Shown: positions 1 through 20,108 of the stretch, in pieces
Layout of the letters: each line of letters begins with the position of its first letter
How positions within the stretch are numbered: position 1 is the stretch's first letter
NCBI GenBank assembly: GCA_963771465.1
Contig: CAVYTU010000015.1
Coordinates: 352,001-416,000 of the forward strand
Length of the DNA: 64,000 nt
From: an uncultured delta proteobacterium
GTDB lineage: Bacteria > Desulfobacterota > Binatia > UBA9968
Reading direction: 5' to 3'
The notes under the pieces: model-generated
Told to the model about the DNA's origin: nothing
What the model saw: the letters and a program-made list of their open reading frames with translations, nothing else
The model's database searches: none
Translations under genes and position numbers: made by a program

Positions 1-1917
1 TGCTGCGGGACGCGTGTCCATGCCGAGCACCTTGCCGCGCCGCGAACTCAAATCGCCAATCACATCACCCATAAAGTCTTCAGGGACGACAACCTCCACT
101 GACATGATCGGCTCGAGCAGAACTGGACTGGCTTTGCGCGCGGCTTGCTTGAACGCCATCGAGCCGGCGATCTTAAAGGCGATCTCCGACGAGTCGACGT
201 CATGATAGCTGCCGTCGAACAGCGTCACCTTGACATCGACGATCGGGTAGCCAGCCAACACGCCGTTCTCGGTCGCTTCCTTAATACCCTTTTCAACCGC
301 TGGAATATATTCGCGTGGGATAGAGCCGCCTTTAATCGCGTCGACGAACTCGAATCCGCCGCCCGCGGTTTGCGGCTCAAGCTTGATCCAGACGTCGCCG
401 TATTGACCGCGCCCCCCGGTTTGGCGAATGAACCTTCCCTGCTGCTCGACCGCTTTACGAACCGTCTCGCGGTAGGCAACCTGCGGCTTGCCAACATTGG
501 CACCGACACTGAACTCGCGCAGCAAGCGATCGACGATGATCTCCAGATGCAGCTCACCCATGCCGGAAATAATCGTCTGGCCGGTTTCCTCATCGGTGCG
601 AACTTTAAACGAAGGATCTTCGGTCGCTAGCTTCTGTAACGACAAGCCCAGTTTTTCCTGGTCGGCTTTGCTCTTGGGTTCGATGGCAATGGAAATAACC
701 GGATCGGGAAAATCGATCGACTCGAGCACGATCGGTTCGTCTTCGTCGCAAAGCGTGTCACCCGTGGTGGCCGTTCTAAGCCCTACCGCGGCAGCGATAT
801 CGCCGGCGTAGACTTCTTTGATCTCTTCGCGCTTGTTGGCGTGCATTTTGAGCAGGCGGCCCACACGTTCGCGTTTACTTTTGGTGGAATTGTAAATGCT
901 TGCGCCGGACAATAGCTTTCCGGAATAAACCCGGAAAAAACTCAGCGTACCAACGAAAGGATCGGTCATAATTTTAAAAGCGAGCGCAGAGAACGGCGCT
1001 TCATCCGTCGCCGGTCGCTCCTCAACTTTATCGGTGCCTGGTTCGACCCCTTTGACCGGTGGAATATCGAGAGGCGAAGGCAGAAAGTCGACCACGGCGT
1101 CGAGCATGGGCTGAACGCCTTTGTTGCGGAAAGCTGTGCCACACAAAACTGGCACGATCTTGAGCGCTAGGGTCGCGCTGCGCAGTCCGTCGCGCAATTC
1201 ACCTTCGGAAACTTCCTTACCCTCGAGGTACTTTTCCATCACCGCTTCGTTGCCATCGGCCGCGGCTTCAAGCAATTTATCGTGATACTCTTCGGCCTGA
1301 GCTTTAAGATCTGCGGGAATCGGCTCTTCGTGGAATTTCGCGCCGAGACTTTCATCTTCCCACACCACCGCTTTCATGGTGACGAGATCGACGATCCCAG
1401 TGAATTTATCCTCGGCACCAATGGGCAATTGCAATACCGCCGGGCGCGCTCCTAAGCGGCTTTCAATCATCTTAACCACACGGAAGAAATCCGCGCCGAC
1501 GCGGTCCATCTTATTGACGAAGGCCAGGCGCGGCACTCCGTACTTGTCCGCTTGACGCCAAACGGTTTCGGTCTGCGGCTCGACACCCCCAACCGAACAG
1601 AAGACGGCCACCGCGCCGTCGAGCACGCGCAGCGATCGCTCCACCTCAATGGTAAAATCGACATGGCCAGGGGTATCGATAATATTGACTCGGTGATCGC
1701 GCCAAAAACAAGTCGTCGCCGCCGAAGTGATGGTGATACCGCGCTCCTGCTCCTGGACCATCCAGTCCATGGTGGCGGTGCCATCGTGTACCTCGCCGAT
1801 CTTGTAGTTGATCCCGGTGTAATACAGGATCCGCTCCGTGGTCGTAGTCTTGCCCGCATCGATATGCGCCATGATTCCGATGTTGCGGGTCTTCTCTAAT
1901 GAAACTGTTCTTGCCAT
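1..1917 (-). CDS. fusA: Elongation factor G (3' end runs off window)
   Basis: Manual translation from ATG 1917: [25 protein letters not shown]...; follows rpsG; absent from ORF track because no stop lies in the window. Confidence 0.97.
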   Translation of the reverse strand, partial: MARTVSLEKTRNIGIMAHIDAGKTTTTERILYYTGINYKIGEVHDGTATMDWMVQEQERGITITSAATTCFWRDHRVNIIDTPGHVDFTIEVERSLRVLDGAVAVFCSVGGVEPQTETVWRQADKYGVPRLAFVNKMDRVGADFFRVVKMIESRLGARPAVLQLPIGAEDKFTGIVDLVTMKAVVWEDESLGAKFHEEPIPADLKAQAEEYHDKLLEAAADGNEAVMEKYLEGKEVSEGELRDGLRSATLALKIVPVLCGTAFRNKGVQPMLDAVVDFLPSPLDIPPVKGVEPGTDKVEERPATDEAPFSALAFKIMTDPFVGTLSFFRVYSGKLLSGASIYNSTKSKRERVGRLLKMHANKREEIKEVYAGDIAAAVGLRTATTGDTLCDEDEPIVLESIDFPDPVISIAIEPKSKADQEKLGLSLQKLATEDPSFKVRTDEETGQTIISGMGELHLEIIVDRLLREFSVGANVGKPQVAYRETVRKAVEQQGRFIRQTGGRGQYGDVWIKLEPQTAGGGFEFVDAIKGGSIPREYIPAVEKGIKEATENGVLAGYPIVDVKVTLFDGSYHDVDSSEIAFKIAGSMAFKQAARKASPVLLEPIMSVEVVVPEDFMGDVIGDLSSRRGKVLGMDTRPAA

Positions 1918-1931
1918 TTTCGTAGCGCCGG

Positions 1932-1961
1932 AAAAAAAGGAGGCGGTTTACCCGCCTCCTT
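1932..1961 (-). terminator. Terminator-like hairpin between rpsG and fusA
   Basis: AAGGAGGCGG-GTAAA-CCGCCTCCTT followed by a T-run on minus strand. Confidence 0.55.
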
Positions 1962-1988
1962 CTATCCAGCATCATTTATGCTGCAACG

Positions 1989-2459
1989 TTACCAACGATA
2001 ATGCGCGAACGCCCGATTGGCTTCGGCCATTCGATGGGTGTCTTCCTTTTTCTTAATCGCGGTGCCGCGATTGTTGGCGGCGTCGATAATCTCCGCCGCC
2101 AATTTTTCTTCCATGGATTTTTCCGCCCGGCCATGCGCGGCGTCAATCAACCAGCGCATGCTCAGTGACAGCCGCCGCTGCGGCCGTACTTCCACCGGCA
2201 CCTGGTAGGTCGCGCCGCCGACGCGCCGCGAACGAACCTCGACGGTGGGTCGGGTATTCTCAATCGCGCGCTTGAACACGCCCAGAGATTCCTCTTTAGT
2301 CTTCGCCGTCACGATGTCCAACGATCGATAGAGAATCGACTCGGCAACGCTTTTCTTGCCTTGACTCATGATCGTGTTGACGAACTTGGCCACGACCTTA
2401 TCGCCGTACTTGGGGTCCGGCAATATGTCTCGTTTTTTTACTTCACCTTTGCGCGGCAT
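1989..2459 (-). CDS. rpsG: 30S ribosomal protein S7
   Basis: [11 protein letters not shown] and [15 protein letters not shown] motifs. Confidence 0.99.
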   Translation of the reverse strand: MPRKGEVKKRDILPDPKYGDKVVAKFVNTIMSQGKKSVAESILYRSLDIVTAKTKEESLGVFKRAIENTRPTVEVRSRRVGGATYQVPVEVRPQRRLSLSMRWLIDAAHGRAEKSMEEKLAAEIIDAANNRGTAIKKKEDTHRMAEANRAFAHYRW

Positions 2460-2465
2460 AATGCT

Positions 2466-2837
2466 TTACTTCGGTCGTTTCGCTCCGTATTTGGAGCGGC
2501 TCTGTCGCCTTTCTTGCACACCGATGGAATCCAAGGTGCCGCGCACGATGTGATAGCGCACGCCCGGTAAGTCTTTGACGCGGCCGCCGCGAATCAGCAC
2601 CACGGAATGTTCCTGCAGATTATGCCCCACGCCGGGAATGTACGATGTGACTTCGATGCCGTTGGTCAAACGTACGCGGGCAACCTTACGGAGCGCGGAG
2701 TTGGGTTTTTTTGGCGTTGATGTGTAGACGCGCGTGCAGACACCGCGCTTTTGCGGGCAACCCTGTAAAGCGGGCGCAGTGTTCTTGCGCCGTTGCTTTT
2801 CTCTGCTTTCACGCACCAATTGGTTAATTGTCGGCAT
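2466..2837 (-). CDS. rpsL: 30S ribosomal protein S12
   Basis: [28 protein letters not shown]. Confidence 0.99.
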   Translation of the reverse strand: MPTINQLVRESREKQRRKNTAPALQGCPQKRGVCTRVYTSTPKKPNSALRKVARVRLTNGIEVTSYIPGVGHNLQEHSVVLIRGGRVKDLPGVRYHIVRGTLDSIGVQERRQSRSKYGAKRPK

Positions 2838-2941
2838 AATCTCTCGTTGGCAATGTAAACTTTGATTATGGGAAGCTCGTCTTACTTAAACTTCCCCAGG
2901 AAAATCCTTTTACTAACAAAAATTCCCACCGAAGTCAAAGC

Positions 2942-7066
<4,125 letters not shown>

Positions 7067-7111
7067 TAAGGATCACCTCCGGTTAGAGTGCCACAGCCTC
7101 ACTGGGGTTAC

Positions 7112-11215
<4,104 letters not shown>

Positions 11216-11300
11216 GCGTTCTCCTCTCTCGAACTTGCGGTCGACAATCCGTCATTGAATGCTCAACGAAAACTCAACGACAACAACCACTGCGAGAGTC

Positions 11301-11675
11301 TTACTTGATCTCAACCTTGGCGCCTTGCTCTTCGAGCTTCTTCTTGATCGTTTCGGCTTCAGCTTTGGGCACCGCTTCTTTCACCGGCTTGGGCGCGCCG
11401 TCGACGAGATCTTTGGCCTCTTTCAAACCCAGGCCGGTAAGCTCGCGCACGACTTTGATGACTTGAATCTTCTTCTCACCGGCTTCGGCAAGAATGACAT
11501 TAAACTCGGTCTTTTCCTCGGCCACCGCGGCCGGACCCGCTGCCGCCGCCACCGCCACCGGCGCCGCCGCGCTGACACCCAACTCTTCCTCGAGCTCTTT
11601 GACCAGCGACGCCGCATCCATCAAGGTCATGTTCTTGATGAAATCTTTTACCTGTTCTTTTGATACGCCTTCCAT
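11301..11675 (-). CDS. rplL: 50S ribosomal protein L7/L12
   Basis: Ala-rich hinge, [15 protein letters not shown]. Confidence 0.99.
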   Translation of the reverse strand: MEGVSKEQVKDFIKNMTLMDAASLVKELEEELGVSAAAPVAVAAAAGPAAVAEEKTEFNVILAEAGEKKIQVIKVVRELTGLGLKEAKDLVDGAPKPVKEAVPKAEAETIKKKLEEQGAKVEIK

Positions 11676-11711
11676 AACGATCCCCCTTTTATTGATACCG
11701 TGAAAATTTTG

Positions 11712-12254
11712 TTATTCGCCCTTAGTCTTACGTAACGATTCGAGTAAGCGGACCATTTGCGCGCCCGGTTCTTGAATGGTGCGCAACAACTGGGTCGCCG
11801 GTGCGTTGATCATCGCCAGCAACCTCGCCTGCAACTCCGGCTTGCTCGGCATTTGAGATAAAACTTTGACGCCCGCCGGATCCATGAAGCGGCCTTCGAA
11901 CACGCCGCCTTTGATGCGCAGTTTGTCGTTGTCGTCGGCAAACTTGACCAACGCCTTGGACAACACCACCGGATCACTGTAGGCAAACACCCAACCGTTG
12001 GGCCCCTCGAGCAGTTTCTCAAGATCTCCGAAGCCAGTGTCTTGGAGCGCCCGGCGCACCAAGGTGTTCTTGATCACTTGATATTCGCCCGAGGCATCGC
12101 GAATTTCCCGGCGCAATTTAGTCATCTGCGCCACCGACAAGCCGCGATATTCCGTGACGATCGCCATCTTGGCGGACTTTAATAAATGGTGAATGGCGTT
12201 GACCGTTTCAGTCTTCGCGCCGTGACTGGCACGGGCCGATTGCAATTCCGACAT
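11712..12254 (-). CDS. rplJ: 50S ribosomal protein L10
   Basis: EYRGLSVAQMTKLR, KNTLVRRAL; synteny. Confidence 0.97.
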   Translation of the reverse strand: MSELQSARASHGAKTETVNAIHHLLKSAKMAIVTEYRGLSVAQMTKLRREIRDASGEYQVIKNTLVRRALQDTGFGDLEKLLEGPNGWVFAYSDPVVLSKALVKFADDNDKLRIKGGVFEGRFMDPAGVKVLSQMPSKPELQARLLAMINAPATQLLRTIQEPGAQMVRLLESLRKTKGE

Positions 12255-12313
12255 ACCTTCTCCCTAGACTCGATCGAGTGAAATTCGCATCGCGCTGTTG
12301 TTGTGGAGCGAGC

Positions 12314-13018
12314 TTATGCAGCCATGGTGCGCACCTGCGCGAGATCGATTTTAATACCGGGCCCCATGGTCGTGGCGACGGTGACGCCCTTGACGTAATT
12401 GCCCTTCGCCGACGCTGGTTTTGCTCTCAAAATCGACTGCAAGACGGCTTTAGCATTGTCGATGAGCAGCTCGGCGCCAAAGGAGGCCTTGCCGACGGGC
12501 ACATGTACGATTCCGGCCTTATCGACGCGAAACTCCAACTTGCCAGCCTTGATTTCCTTAATCGCCTTGCCGATATCCATCGACACCGTACCGGTTTTGG
12601 GATTGGGCATCAGGCCGCGCGGGCCAAGCACCTTGCCGATGCGGCCAACCGCCGCCATCATATCTGGCGTGGCAACCGCTTTGTCGAAGTCGAACCATCC
12701 CTCGCTGATTTTCTTGATCAGTTCATCGCTGCCGACAAAATCTGCGCCGGCGTCCTGAGCTTCTTTCTCTTTTTCGCCCTTGGCAAATGCCAGCACCCGA
12801 ACTGTTTTACCCATGCCATGGGGCAAGCTCACCGTGCCTCGGACATTTTGATCGGCCTGGCGCGGATCCACACCGAGCCGAATCGCCAACTCCACGGTCT
12901 CATCAAACTTGGCTCGCGCCGTCTCTTTTACCAAGCGCAAGCTATCTTCCAGCGCGTAGCGTTGACTGCGGTCCACTTTGGCCAACGCCGCACGATAGGA
13001 TTTTCCATTATCACTCAT
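12314..13018 (-). CDS. rplA: 50S ribosomal protein L1
   Basis: [22 protein letters not shown]. Confidence 0.99.
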   Translation of the reverse strand: MSDNGKSYRAALAKVDRSQRYALEDSLRLVKETARAKFDETVELAIRLGVDPRQADQNVRGTVSLPHGMGKTVRVLAFAKGEKEKEAQDAGADFVGSDELIKKISEGWFDFDKAVATPDMMAAVGRIGKVLGPRGLMPNPKTGTVSMDIGKAIKEIKAGKLEFRVDKAGIVHVPVGKASFGAELLIDNAKAVLQSILRAKPASAKGNYVKGVTVATTMGPGIKIDLAQVRTMAA

Positions 13019-13094
13019 GGCATTCCTCTAAGAGCTAAATTCCAGTTATCAAAAAATTTGTCATCAATTGTTGCGACCGGCCGCGCCAAATAAA

Positions 13095-13520
13095 TCAGCC
13101 TTCGACTTCCAGGCCCAGGCTCCGCGCGGTTCCTTCGACAGACTTCTCGGCGGCTGCCAAGTCCTTGGCGGTCAAATCTTTTAGCTTGAGTTCGGCGATT
13201 TGGCGGACTTGAGCACGGCTAACTTTGCCAACTTTGATTTTGCCGGGTTCGGCAGAACCCTTTTCCAGTCCAGCAGCCTTCTTCAACAGGATCGACGCCG
13301 GCGGCGTCTTGGTGACGAAGCTAAAAGAGCGGTCGGCATAAACCGTGATGATCACAGGCGTGATCATCCCCAGCTGCGCCTGAGTCGCGGCATTGAATGA
13401 CTTGCAAAACTCCATGATGTTGACACCGCGCTGACCGAGCGCCGGTCCAACCGGAGGACTGGGATTCGCTTGTCCGGCAGGAATTTGTAGTTTGATTTCG
13501 CCAATAACTTTCTTCGCCAT
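13095..13520 (-). CDS. rplK: 50S ribosomal protein L11
   Basis: Start [30 protein letters not shown] at 13520 (track ORF is over-extended). Confidence 0.98.
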   Translation of the reverse strand: MAKKVIGEIKLQIPAGQANPSPPVGPALGQRGVNIMEFCKSFNAATQAQLGMITPVIITVYADRSFSFVTKTPPASILLKKAAGLEKGSAEPGKIKVGKVSRAQVRQIAELKLKDLTAKDLAAAEKSVEGTARSLGLEVEG

Positions 13521-13539
13521 TTTGATACTTTCCTTGGAA

Positions 13540-14070
13540 CTAGTTGCGCTCCACCTGGACGAACTCGAGCTCAACTGGGGTCGCACGACCAAATATGCTG
13601 ATGAGGACTCTGAGCTTGCCCTTGTCCGGCTTGACCTCTTCGACGACGCCGTTGAAATCTGCAAACGGCCCATCGACGACCTTCACGTTTTCGCCGACAG
13701 AGAACAGCACCCGCGGCTTCGGCTTGATCGCGCCCTCTTCCATCTGTTGCGTGATCGCGCGCACCTCGTCGTCGCTCACCGGCGGCGGATTCGTGCTACC
13801 GCCGACGAAACCGGTCACTTTGGGGGTTTCCTTGACCACATGCCAAGTCTCGTCGTTCAGTTCCATATGCACCAAGATATAGCCGGGAAAAAACTTCCGC
13901 GAGGAAGTCTTCTTCTTACCCTTGACCAGCTCAACGACCTTCTCCACCGGCACCAAGACCTCACCGAAGAAATCCTGCTTGCCAAGCATCTTGACCCGCT
14001 CCTCAAGCGCGGCTTTGGCCTTCTGTTCGTAACCCGAAAAGGTGTGCACGATGTACCACTGTTTCGCCAT
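13540..14070 (-). CDS. nusG: Transcription factor NusG
   Basis: [29 protein letters not shown]. Confidence 0.99.
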   Translation of the reverse strand: MAKQWYIVHTFSGYEQKAKAALEERVKMLGKQDFFGEVLVPVEKVVELVKGKKKTSSRKFFPGYILVHMELNDETWHVVKETPKVTGFVGGSTNPPPVSDDEVRAITQQMEEGAIKPKPRVLFSVGENVKVVDGPFADFNGVVEEVKPDKGKLRVLISIFGRATPVELEFVQVERN

Positions 14071-14089
14071 AGGATGAGTACTTTCAGGA

Positions 14090-14305
14090 TTAGCCGAGCA
14101 TGGCCTGAATCGCCTTGGTCAGAACAAAATCAACCGCTGCTAAATAGACCGAAACCAGGATGACGACGATGATCACCACCGCAGTAGCCGCGTAGGTCTC
14201 CTTGCGCGATGGCCAGTAGACCTTTTTTAATTCCTGCCACGCCTCCTGGACGAAATCGACGCCATGGCGCACTCCATCCTGAAGTTTTTGAATCCAATCA
14301 CCCAT
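14090..14305 (-). CDS. secE: Preprotein translocase SecE
   Basis: ELKKVYWPSRKE plus one TM helix; upstream of nusG. Confidence 0.95.
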   Translation of the reverse strand: MGDWIQKLQDGVRHGVDFVQEAWQELKKVYWPSRKETYAATAVVIIVVILVSVYLAAVDFVLTKAIQAMLG

Positions 14306-14327
14306 GCGGCTCCCAAATCCTATGAGA

Positions 14328-14404
14328 TGGCGGGTCAGGCAGGACTCGAACCTGCAACATCCGGATTTGGAGTCCGGCGCTCTACCAATTGGAGCTACTG
14401 ACCC
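14328..14404 (-). tRNA. tRNA-Trp(CCA)
   Basis: Cloverleaf, anticodon loop CT-CCA-AA, CCA end. Confidence 0.97.
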
Positions 14405-14416
14405 CCCGAATCTCGG

Positions 14417-14569
14417 TTACACTTTAACCTCGCGATGCAGGGTGTGGGACCGGCAAGAAGCGCAAAACTTCTTGAGCGATAGTTTCTCCGTGGTCGTCTT
14501 CCGATTCTTTGTGCTGGTATAATTTTTCCGCTTGCATTTGTCGCAAGCAAAGCCAATCAGTTCACGCAT
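14417..14569 (-). CDS. rpmG: 50S ribosomal protein L33 (Zn-binding type)
   Basis: Manual translation MRELIGFACDKCKRKNYTSTKNRKTTTEKLSLKKFCASCRSHTLHREVKV; below track cutoff. Confidence 0.96.
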   Translation of the reverse strand: MRELIGFACDKCKRKNYTSTKNRKTTTEKLSLKKFCASCRSHTLHREVKV

Positions 14570-14598
14570 AGCAAAATCCTCCCGTGTCCAGGATTGTT

Positions 14599-15789
14599 CT
14601 ACTGAAGAATCTTAGTGACAACACCCGCGCCCACGGTCCGACCGCCTTCGCGGATAGCGAATTTCAAACCGTCGTCCATGGCAACCGGCGTGATGAGTTC
14701 GATCTCGACGTTGATGTTGTCCCCGGGCATAATCATCTCCGTGCCTTCTGGGAGTTTCACGACGCCAGTCACGTCGGTGGTTCGGAAATAAAACTGCGGC
14801 CGGTAACCGTTAAAGAATGGGGTGTGCCGCCCGCCTTCCTCCTTGGTAAGAACGTAGGCCTCAGCATTAAACTTCGTGTGCGGTGTAATGCTTCCTGGTT
14901 TGGCTAAAACCTGTCCCCGTTCCACTTCCTCGCGCTTCGTTCCTCGGAGCAGAACACCGATATTGTCGCCGGCTCGCCCTTCATCCAAAAGTTTGCGGAA
15001 CATCTCAACACCCGTTGCTACGGTCTTCTGGGTTGCCTTGAAGCCGACAATTTCTATCTCTTCGCCAACCTTAATGATTCCCCGTTCAACCCGACCGGTT
15101 ACGACGGTGCCACGACCACTAATCGTAAAGACGTCTTCAACCGGCATAATGAAAGGCCGGTCGACATCTCGAACCGGCTCCTTCACGAAGGAGTCCACAG
15201 CCTCCAAAAGCTTCATGATGGCGCCTTCGCCCATTTCAGAAGTATCGCCTTCCAATGCCTTTAGCGCACTGCCGATAACGATCGGCGTGTCATCGCCTGG
15301 AAATTTATACTTGGATAGCAGCTCCCGCACCTCCAACTCGACAAGCTCCAGAAGCTCTTTGTCGTCGACCATGTCCGCTTTGTTGAGAAAAACAACGATA
15401 GCCGGAACTCCGACCTGACGCGCCAACAGGATATGCTCCCGCGTTTGCGGCATGGGTCCGTCAGCGGCAGAGACAACGAGAATCGCTCCATCCATCTGTG
15501 CAGCTCCGGTGATCATGTTCTTAATGTAATCGGCATGACCTGGACAGTCGACGTGAGCGTAATGGCGCTTCTCGGTCTCATACTCAACATGAGCGATATT
15601 GATCGTTACGCCGCGTTCTCGTTCTTCGGGCGCTTTGTCGATCTGATCGTAGGCCAGGAATGTAGCTTTCCCGGTCTTCGCCAACACCTTGGTGATCGCC
15701 GCGGTCAAGGTAGTCTTGCCATGGTCGACGTGACCGATCGTACCGATATTAAGATGTGGTTTTTTACGCTCAAACTTTGCTTTACTCAT
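14599..15789 (-). CDS. tuf: Elongation factor Tu
   Basis: [21 protein letters not shown]. Confidence 0.99.
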   Translation of the reverse strand: MSKAKFERKKPHLNIGTIGHVDHGKTTLTAAITKVLAKTGKATFLAYDQIDKAPEERERGVTINIAHVEYETEKRHYAHVDCPGHADYIKNMITGAAQMDGAILVVSAADGPMPQTREHILLARQVGVPAIVVFLNKADMVDDKELLELVELEVRELLSKYKFPGDDTPIVIGSALKALEGDTSEMGEGAIMKLLEAVDSFVKEPVRDVDRPFIMPVEDVFTISGRGTVVTGRVERGIIKVGEEIEIVGFKATQKTVATGVEMFRKLLDEGRAGDNIGVLLRGTKREEVERGQVLAKPGSITPHTKFNAEAYVLTKEEGGRHTPFFNGYRPQFYFRTTDVTGVVKLPEGTEMIMPGDNINVEIELITPVAMDDGLKFAIREGGRTVGAGVVTKILQ

Positions 15790-15870
15790 CTGCTCCTCCT
15801 AATTGATTTGCCAATCACTCATCGCCCCAAAACTAATAATCACCTTCACCCAAACTTGCGCACTGAGCAA

Positions 15871-15943
15871 AGCCCAGGAGCGGGATCGAACCGCCGACCT
15901 CGTCCTTACCAAGGACGTGCTCTACCGACTGAGCTACCTGGGC
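15871..15943 (-). tRNA. tRNA-Thr(GGT), CCA not encoded
   Basis: GCCCAGG acceptor, anticodon loop TT-GGT-AA. Confidence 0.95.
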
Positions 15944-16033
15944 ATGTCAGTCGATGGTTTCAAGGCTCTGGCCCATTGTCCCAATTCGGAGGCGCCAGCG
16001 GCCATTTGCCACCACCATCAGCCATTCGCAAAA

Positions 16034-16109
16034 TGGAGCGGGAAACGGGACTCGAACCCGCGACCCCAAGCTTGGAAGGCTTGCGCTCTACCAACTGAGC
16101 TATTCCCGC
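16034..16109 (-). tRNA. tRNA-Gly(TCC)
   Basis: GCGGGAA acceptor, anticodon TCC, CCA end. Confidence 0.97.
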
Positions 16110-16119
16110 AATACCAAAA

Positions 16120-16204
<85 letters not shown>

Positions 16205-16285
16205 TTGTCTCTCTTCACCCACAAACCAACGACGATGCAAGTTCCTAATCCGCTCAAGATTTCTCAAAAAACGGGAAACGTTGGC

Positions 16286-16360
16286 TGGAGCTGGCGATAG
16301 GACTTGAACCTACAACCTGCTGATTACAAATCAGCTGCTCTGCCGTTGAGCTACGCCAGC
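16286..16360 (-). tRNA. tRNA-Thr(TGT)
   Basis: Anticodon TGT; classic Thr-Tyr-Gly-Thr-tuf cluster. Confidence 0.97.
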
Positions 16361-16596
16361 CTACTCCGCGTCGAGATTTTCACGCGCCAGCGCAAACCAT
16401 GCCATTTCGCCTCTAAAGCGGCCGCGGGAAAGACTACTTAACAGCTCTAACCAAAGTATTTAAGTATTGATCCTTTACCGACGAGGCACAAATGATGGCA
16501 CAAGGGCCATTTTCCCCTTTTGCAAACGGGTATTTAAACCACCTTCAACGAAACATGTCAACAGCTATTCCATACTGGGTGTGTTTTGGCGCAAAG

Positions 16597-17364
16597 TCAC
16601 CTAGCCACAGGCTTGTCAGCGCTTCGACTTTGGCGCAAAAGTTCGTAGAGAAAGACCGCCCCCGCCACCGATACATTAAGAGAGCTGATCTTCCCGAGCA
16701 TTGGAATGGCCACCAAAAAATCACATTCCCGCAGGATCAACGGGCGCACCCCTTTACCCTCACTCCCTAAGACAATTGCCAAACGATTAGGATAAGTCCT
16801 CTGGTAAATGCTTTCCTGGCTCGCTCCGTCTAGGCCGGCAAGCCAATAGCCGTTTTCTTTGAGATCGGTGATGGCGCGGCGCAAATTGGTTACCTTGGCA
16901 ATGCTTAGATGGTGCGCCGCACCTGCTGATGCTTTCACAACGATAGGCGTGACATCCACCGAGCGATCTTTGGGGATAATAATATGTTTCACACCGACCG
17001 CTTCCGCGGTTCTGAGCAGAGCACCAAAATTGCGCGGATCAGTTAGCCCATCTAAAACCAAAACCCAATGGGCACCGGAACTCGTAGAGACTTGCCTTAA
17101 CAATTCGCCGAACGGCAAATAGGAATACTCCGCGACTTTCGCGACCACGCCCTGGTGCCGTTGCCCACCGGCTAAACGGTCAAGCACATTCGGCGCCACC
17201 GGCACCACACGCAATCCGAAGTGCGCGGCGGATTTCGTAATTTGACGCAACGCTGAACGTTCATAACCATCAGCAACCAAGATCTCCAAGATGTCACTAG
17301 CAGAACCGTTGAGTTTCTCTAAAACTGGGTTGATTCCGAATATGACGTTATCGCTGGTTGACAT
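16597..17364 (-). CDS. rlmB: 23S rRNA (Gm2251) 2'-O-methyltransferase
   Basis: HQGVVA, DPRNFGALLR, GSEGKG, SLNVSVA SpoU motifs. Confidence 0.93.
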   Translation of the reverse strand: MSTSDNVIFGINPVLEKLNGSASDILEILVADGYERSALRQITKSAAHFGLRVVPVAPNVLDRLAGGQRHQGVVAKVAEYSYLPFGELLRQVSTSSGAHWVLVLDGLTDPRNFGALLRTAEAVGVKHIIIPKDRSVDVTPIVVKASAGAAHHLSIAKVTNLRRAITDLKENGYWLAGLDGASQESIYQRTYPNRLAIVLGSEGKGVRPLILRECDFLVAIPMLGKISSLNVSVAGAVFLYELLRQSRSADKPVAR

Positions 17365-17428
17365 GGACGGCTATTTTACGGCTACGGGATTTTACAAAGC
17401 TAGACTCACCAGCTAACATGCTCAGACC

Positions 17429-18637
17429 GTGAAGCGCAAAACTATTTCCCGTTACTTGATCTCTGAAGTGTTGCCACCGTTTTTTCTCGGTCTGTTTGCT
17501 TTTACGATCATCTTGCTGATCGCGCGCATCCTCAAGCTGATCGAACTGGTAATCACGCGCGGGGTCCCGCTGCTTCAGATTGGCAAACTTTTTTCACTTA
17601 TTCTACCGACGTTCCTGGAGCTCACCGTGCCGATGTCGTTTCTGTTGGCGATTCTTCTTGGTTTCGGCCGGCTGTCCAATGATCAAGAACTGTTGGCGAT
17701 GAAGGCCGGCGGGATCAGTCCGGCGCAAATCTATTGGCCGATCTTTCTTTTGGCCGTCGTGGTCGCGATCATCACCTTGTTCTTGACGCTTTTCGCTCGG
17801 CCAGCGGCCAACGCGGCGCTAAAAAAGGAGCTGTACAACGTCGCCAAGTCGCGCGTCGGCACCGCACTTAAGGAAAAGGTTTTTAACGATGATTTCCCGC
17901 GAATCCTTATTTACGTCGAGGAAATCAAACCGCCCGGCAACACTGCGCAAGGCATCCTCATCGTCGACAGACGGGACAAACTCAAGGAAGATATCATTCT
18001 CGGCAAAGTTGCCTTGATCACCACCGATGACACAACCAACACTTTGGGGCTTCGATTATTCGACGGCTCGATCTATGAGCGCGAAAGCAATCGGTCCGGC
18101 TTCAGCCAGACGCGATTCAATATCTATGATTTCAAATTTGATCTTGACGAGATCGTCGGCCCGGTGCGGCAAAAAGAAGCCGGCCCCAAGGAATTGCCGC
18201 TCGGCGACCTAATGGATGCCATCGATGGGAAAAACAGACTGGGCGTCAAAGCCATCGCCGAACGCATGGAGCTGCATCAACGAATCGCCTTCGGCTTCGT
18301 GCCCCTGGTCTTTAGCTTACTCGGGGTCGCTTTAGCGTTATTACCGCGCACTTCCCGGGCTAACCGTTCATGGGGATTGATGCTCTGCCTCTTTTGGCTG
18401 ATGATTTATTATGTTTTACTTTCTCTGGGCAAAGGTTTAGGGGAGAAAAGCATGCTTCACCCGATCCCTGCAACTTGGCTACCCAACATCGTCGTCGGTG
18501 CCATTGCCGCGCTCTTTTTTCGCAAAGCGATGCGGGAATCGCCGTTGCTGATTGCATCCACGATCGAACGGACAGCAGCGCGGGCGATGGAATATTTCAA
18601 TCGACTCCGCAAACCAGAAAAGACCCACAGCGTATGA
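17429..18637 (+). CDS. lptF: LPS export ABC permease LptF
   Basis: YjgP/YjgQ family pattern (RLSNDQELLAMKAGGIS, WLPNI). Confidence 0.9.
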   Translation: MKRKTISRYLISEVLPPFFLGLFAFTIILLIARILKLIELVITRGVPLLQIGKLFSLILPTFLELTVPMSFLLAILLGFGRLSNDQELLAMKAGGISPAQIYWPIFLLAVVVAIITLFLTLFARPAANAALKKELYNVAKSRVGTALKEKVFNDDFPRILIYVEEIKPPGNTAQGILIVDRRDKLKEDIILGKVALITTDDTTNTLGLRLFDGSIYERESNRSGFSQTRFNIYDFKFDLDEIVGPVRQKEAGPKELPLGDLMDAIDGKNRLGVKAIAERMELHQRIAFGFVPLVFSLLGVALALLPRTSRANRSWGLMLCLFWLMIYYVLLSLGKGLGEKSMLHPIPATWLPNIVVGAIAALFFRKAMRESPLLIASTIERTAARAMEYFNRLRKPEKTHSV

Positions 18638-19746
18638 ACGCCGCGCGCATCCGATTCTCCACGCTCCCCGTTGGCGGGATTCTTGACCGCTATTTGGCGA
18701 CGGGATTCCTAAGAATTTTTTTCATAAGCTTAGCGGTCATTACGTCCTTGTACGTCACCGTCGACTTCTTCGATCGAATCGGATCTCTGCTCGACTCCGG
18801 TGCGCCGTTCCTGACCGTGGTCCGTTATTTCTTTTTCAAAGCTCCTTTGCTGATATCGCGCGTTATCGGCTTCGCCACGCTTTTTTCCACGTTATTTTGT
18901 CTCGGCATGCTCGTACGCACTCACGAGATCACGGCGATCCGATCCAGCGGCATTAGCGTCCAGCGAATCGCCCTGCCATTACTGATTTTATCGTTATTCA
19001 TTTGCGCGTTAGCTTTTGTCTGGAATGAAAGCCTGGTGCCTGCGTTCGCCCACCGTGCGCAAACCATTTATCGGACCGAAATTAAGAATCGACAGCAACA
19101 GAGTCTAATCGGCACCCATGACATCTGGATCCGCGGCGATTCTAGTTTTATCAATATCGATCGCTTCGACACCCGAAGCGGCACCTTGGAGAGTATCACG
19201 CTGTTTCTCCTCAATCGCGACTTCAGCCTGCGTGCCTTGGTCGAGATTCCCAAGGCTCAGTGGATCGAGAATCGCTGGAAGACCAACGAAGCGACCGAGT
19301 GGAATTTGCAGGACGACGGCAAAATGGTGAAGCGTGCAACCAGCGTCGCCTTGCCGATAACGGAGACGCCGGCGGATTTGACGGCGCTGGCGCGCCTTGC
19401 CGATGAATTCACCTTTTTCGATCTTCAAAAACAAATCGCGGATTTGAAAAGTAAAGGAATCGATGCGACGGCCTATGAGGTAGACCTCCAGTCAAAGTTG
19501 GCCATTCCACTGATTTCACCTCTGATGGTGATGCTGGCGATACCGTTTGCGCTTAAGCGTCAAATGACCACCAACCTGTCACTCAGCTTCGGCATCGCCA
19601 TGCTGATCGGTTTTGGCTATTGGGTCCTCCTAGGATTTTGCACCTCATTAGGTCATAGCGGGGCGTTACCACCAGTTGCGGCAGCGTGGATTCCTAACAC
19701 CATCTTCGTCCTGATCGGGCTTTACTTCATCACCGCCGAACAATAG
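18634..19746 (+). CDS. lptG: LPS export ABC permease LptG
   Basis: ATGA overlap with lptF; ILDRYL, EITAIRSSGIS, AAWIPN. Confidence 0.9.
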   Translation: MNAARIRFSTLPVGGILDRYLATGFLRIFFISLAVITSLYVTVDFFDRIGSLLDSGAPFLTVVRYFFFKAPLLISRVIGFATLFSTLFCLGMLVRTHEITAIRSSGISVQRIALPLLILSLFICALAFVWNESLVPAFAHRAQTIYRTEIKNRQQQSLIGTHDIWIRGDSSFINIDRFDTRSGTLESITLFLLNRDFSLRALVEIPKAQWIENRWKTNEATEWNLQDDGKMVKRATSVALPITETPADLTALARLADEFTFFDLQKQIADLKSKGIDATAYEVDLQSKLAIPLISPLMVMLAIPFALKRQMTTNLSLSFGIAMLIGFGYWVLLGFCTSLGHSGALPPVAAAWIPNTIFVLIGLYFITAEQ

Positions 19747-20071
19747 CCTCATCCCTCCGACTTCCCGCTGGCGGCAAATTCGAACTACTTCTGGCCCGTG
19801 TCTCACTCGGCCGCGCAGCTAACCCGGATTCCGCGTTTGAAGTAATCGCAGGCGCGAGCCTAAAGTAGTGAAGACACCGAACGGTGCGGTCGCAAAGTAA
19901 ATTGGCCTAGTTGGGACATTCCAAATGACTACCAAGGATTGCTCGGCGGGCAACGATGTCGGTTGCCCGCGCGGAGTAACAAGCCCAATGTCGTCACGGC
20001 GGCAGGATCGCGCCTCGCTCGCTGCTTCAATTTGAATTGAACTGCGCAATCCGTGTTGATGGGCGAACACC

Positions 20072-20108
20072 AAAAAAAAATCGGCACGGTTTCTACCAAC
20101 CGTGCCGA
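20072..20108 (-). terminator. Intrinsic terminator after rpsI
   Basis: TCGGCACGGTT/AACCGTGCCGA stem plus T9 on minus strand. Confidence 0.85.

Noticed and set aside
12255-12313. Possible L10 leader before rplJ
   Set aside because: Spacer is only 59 bp and I could not match the conserved motif
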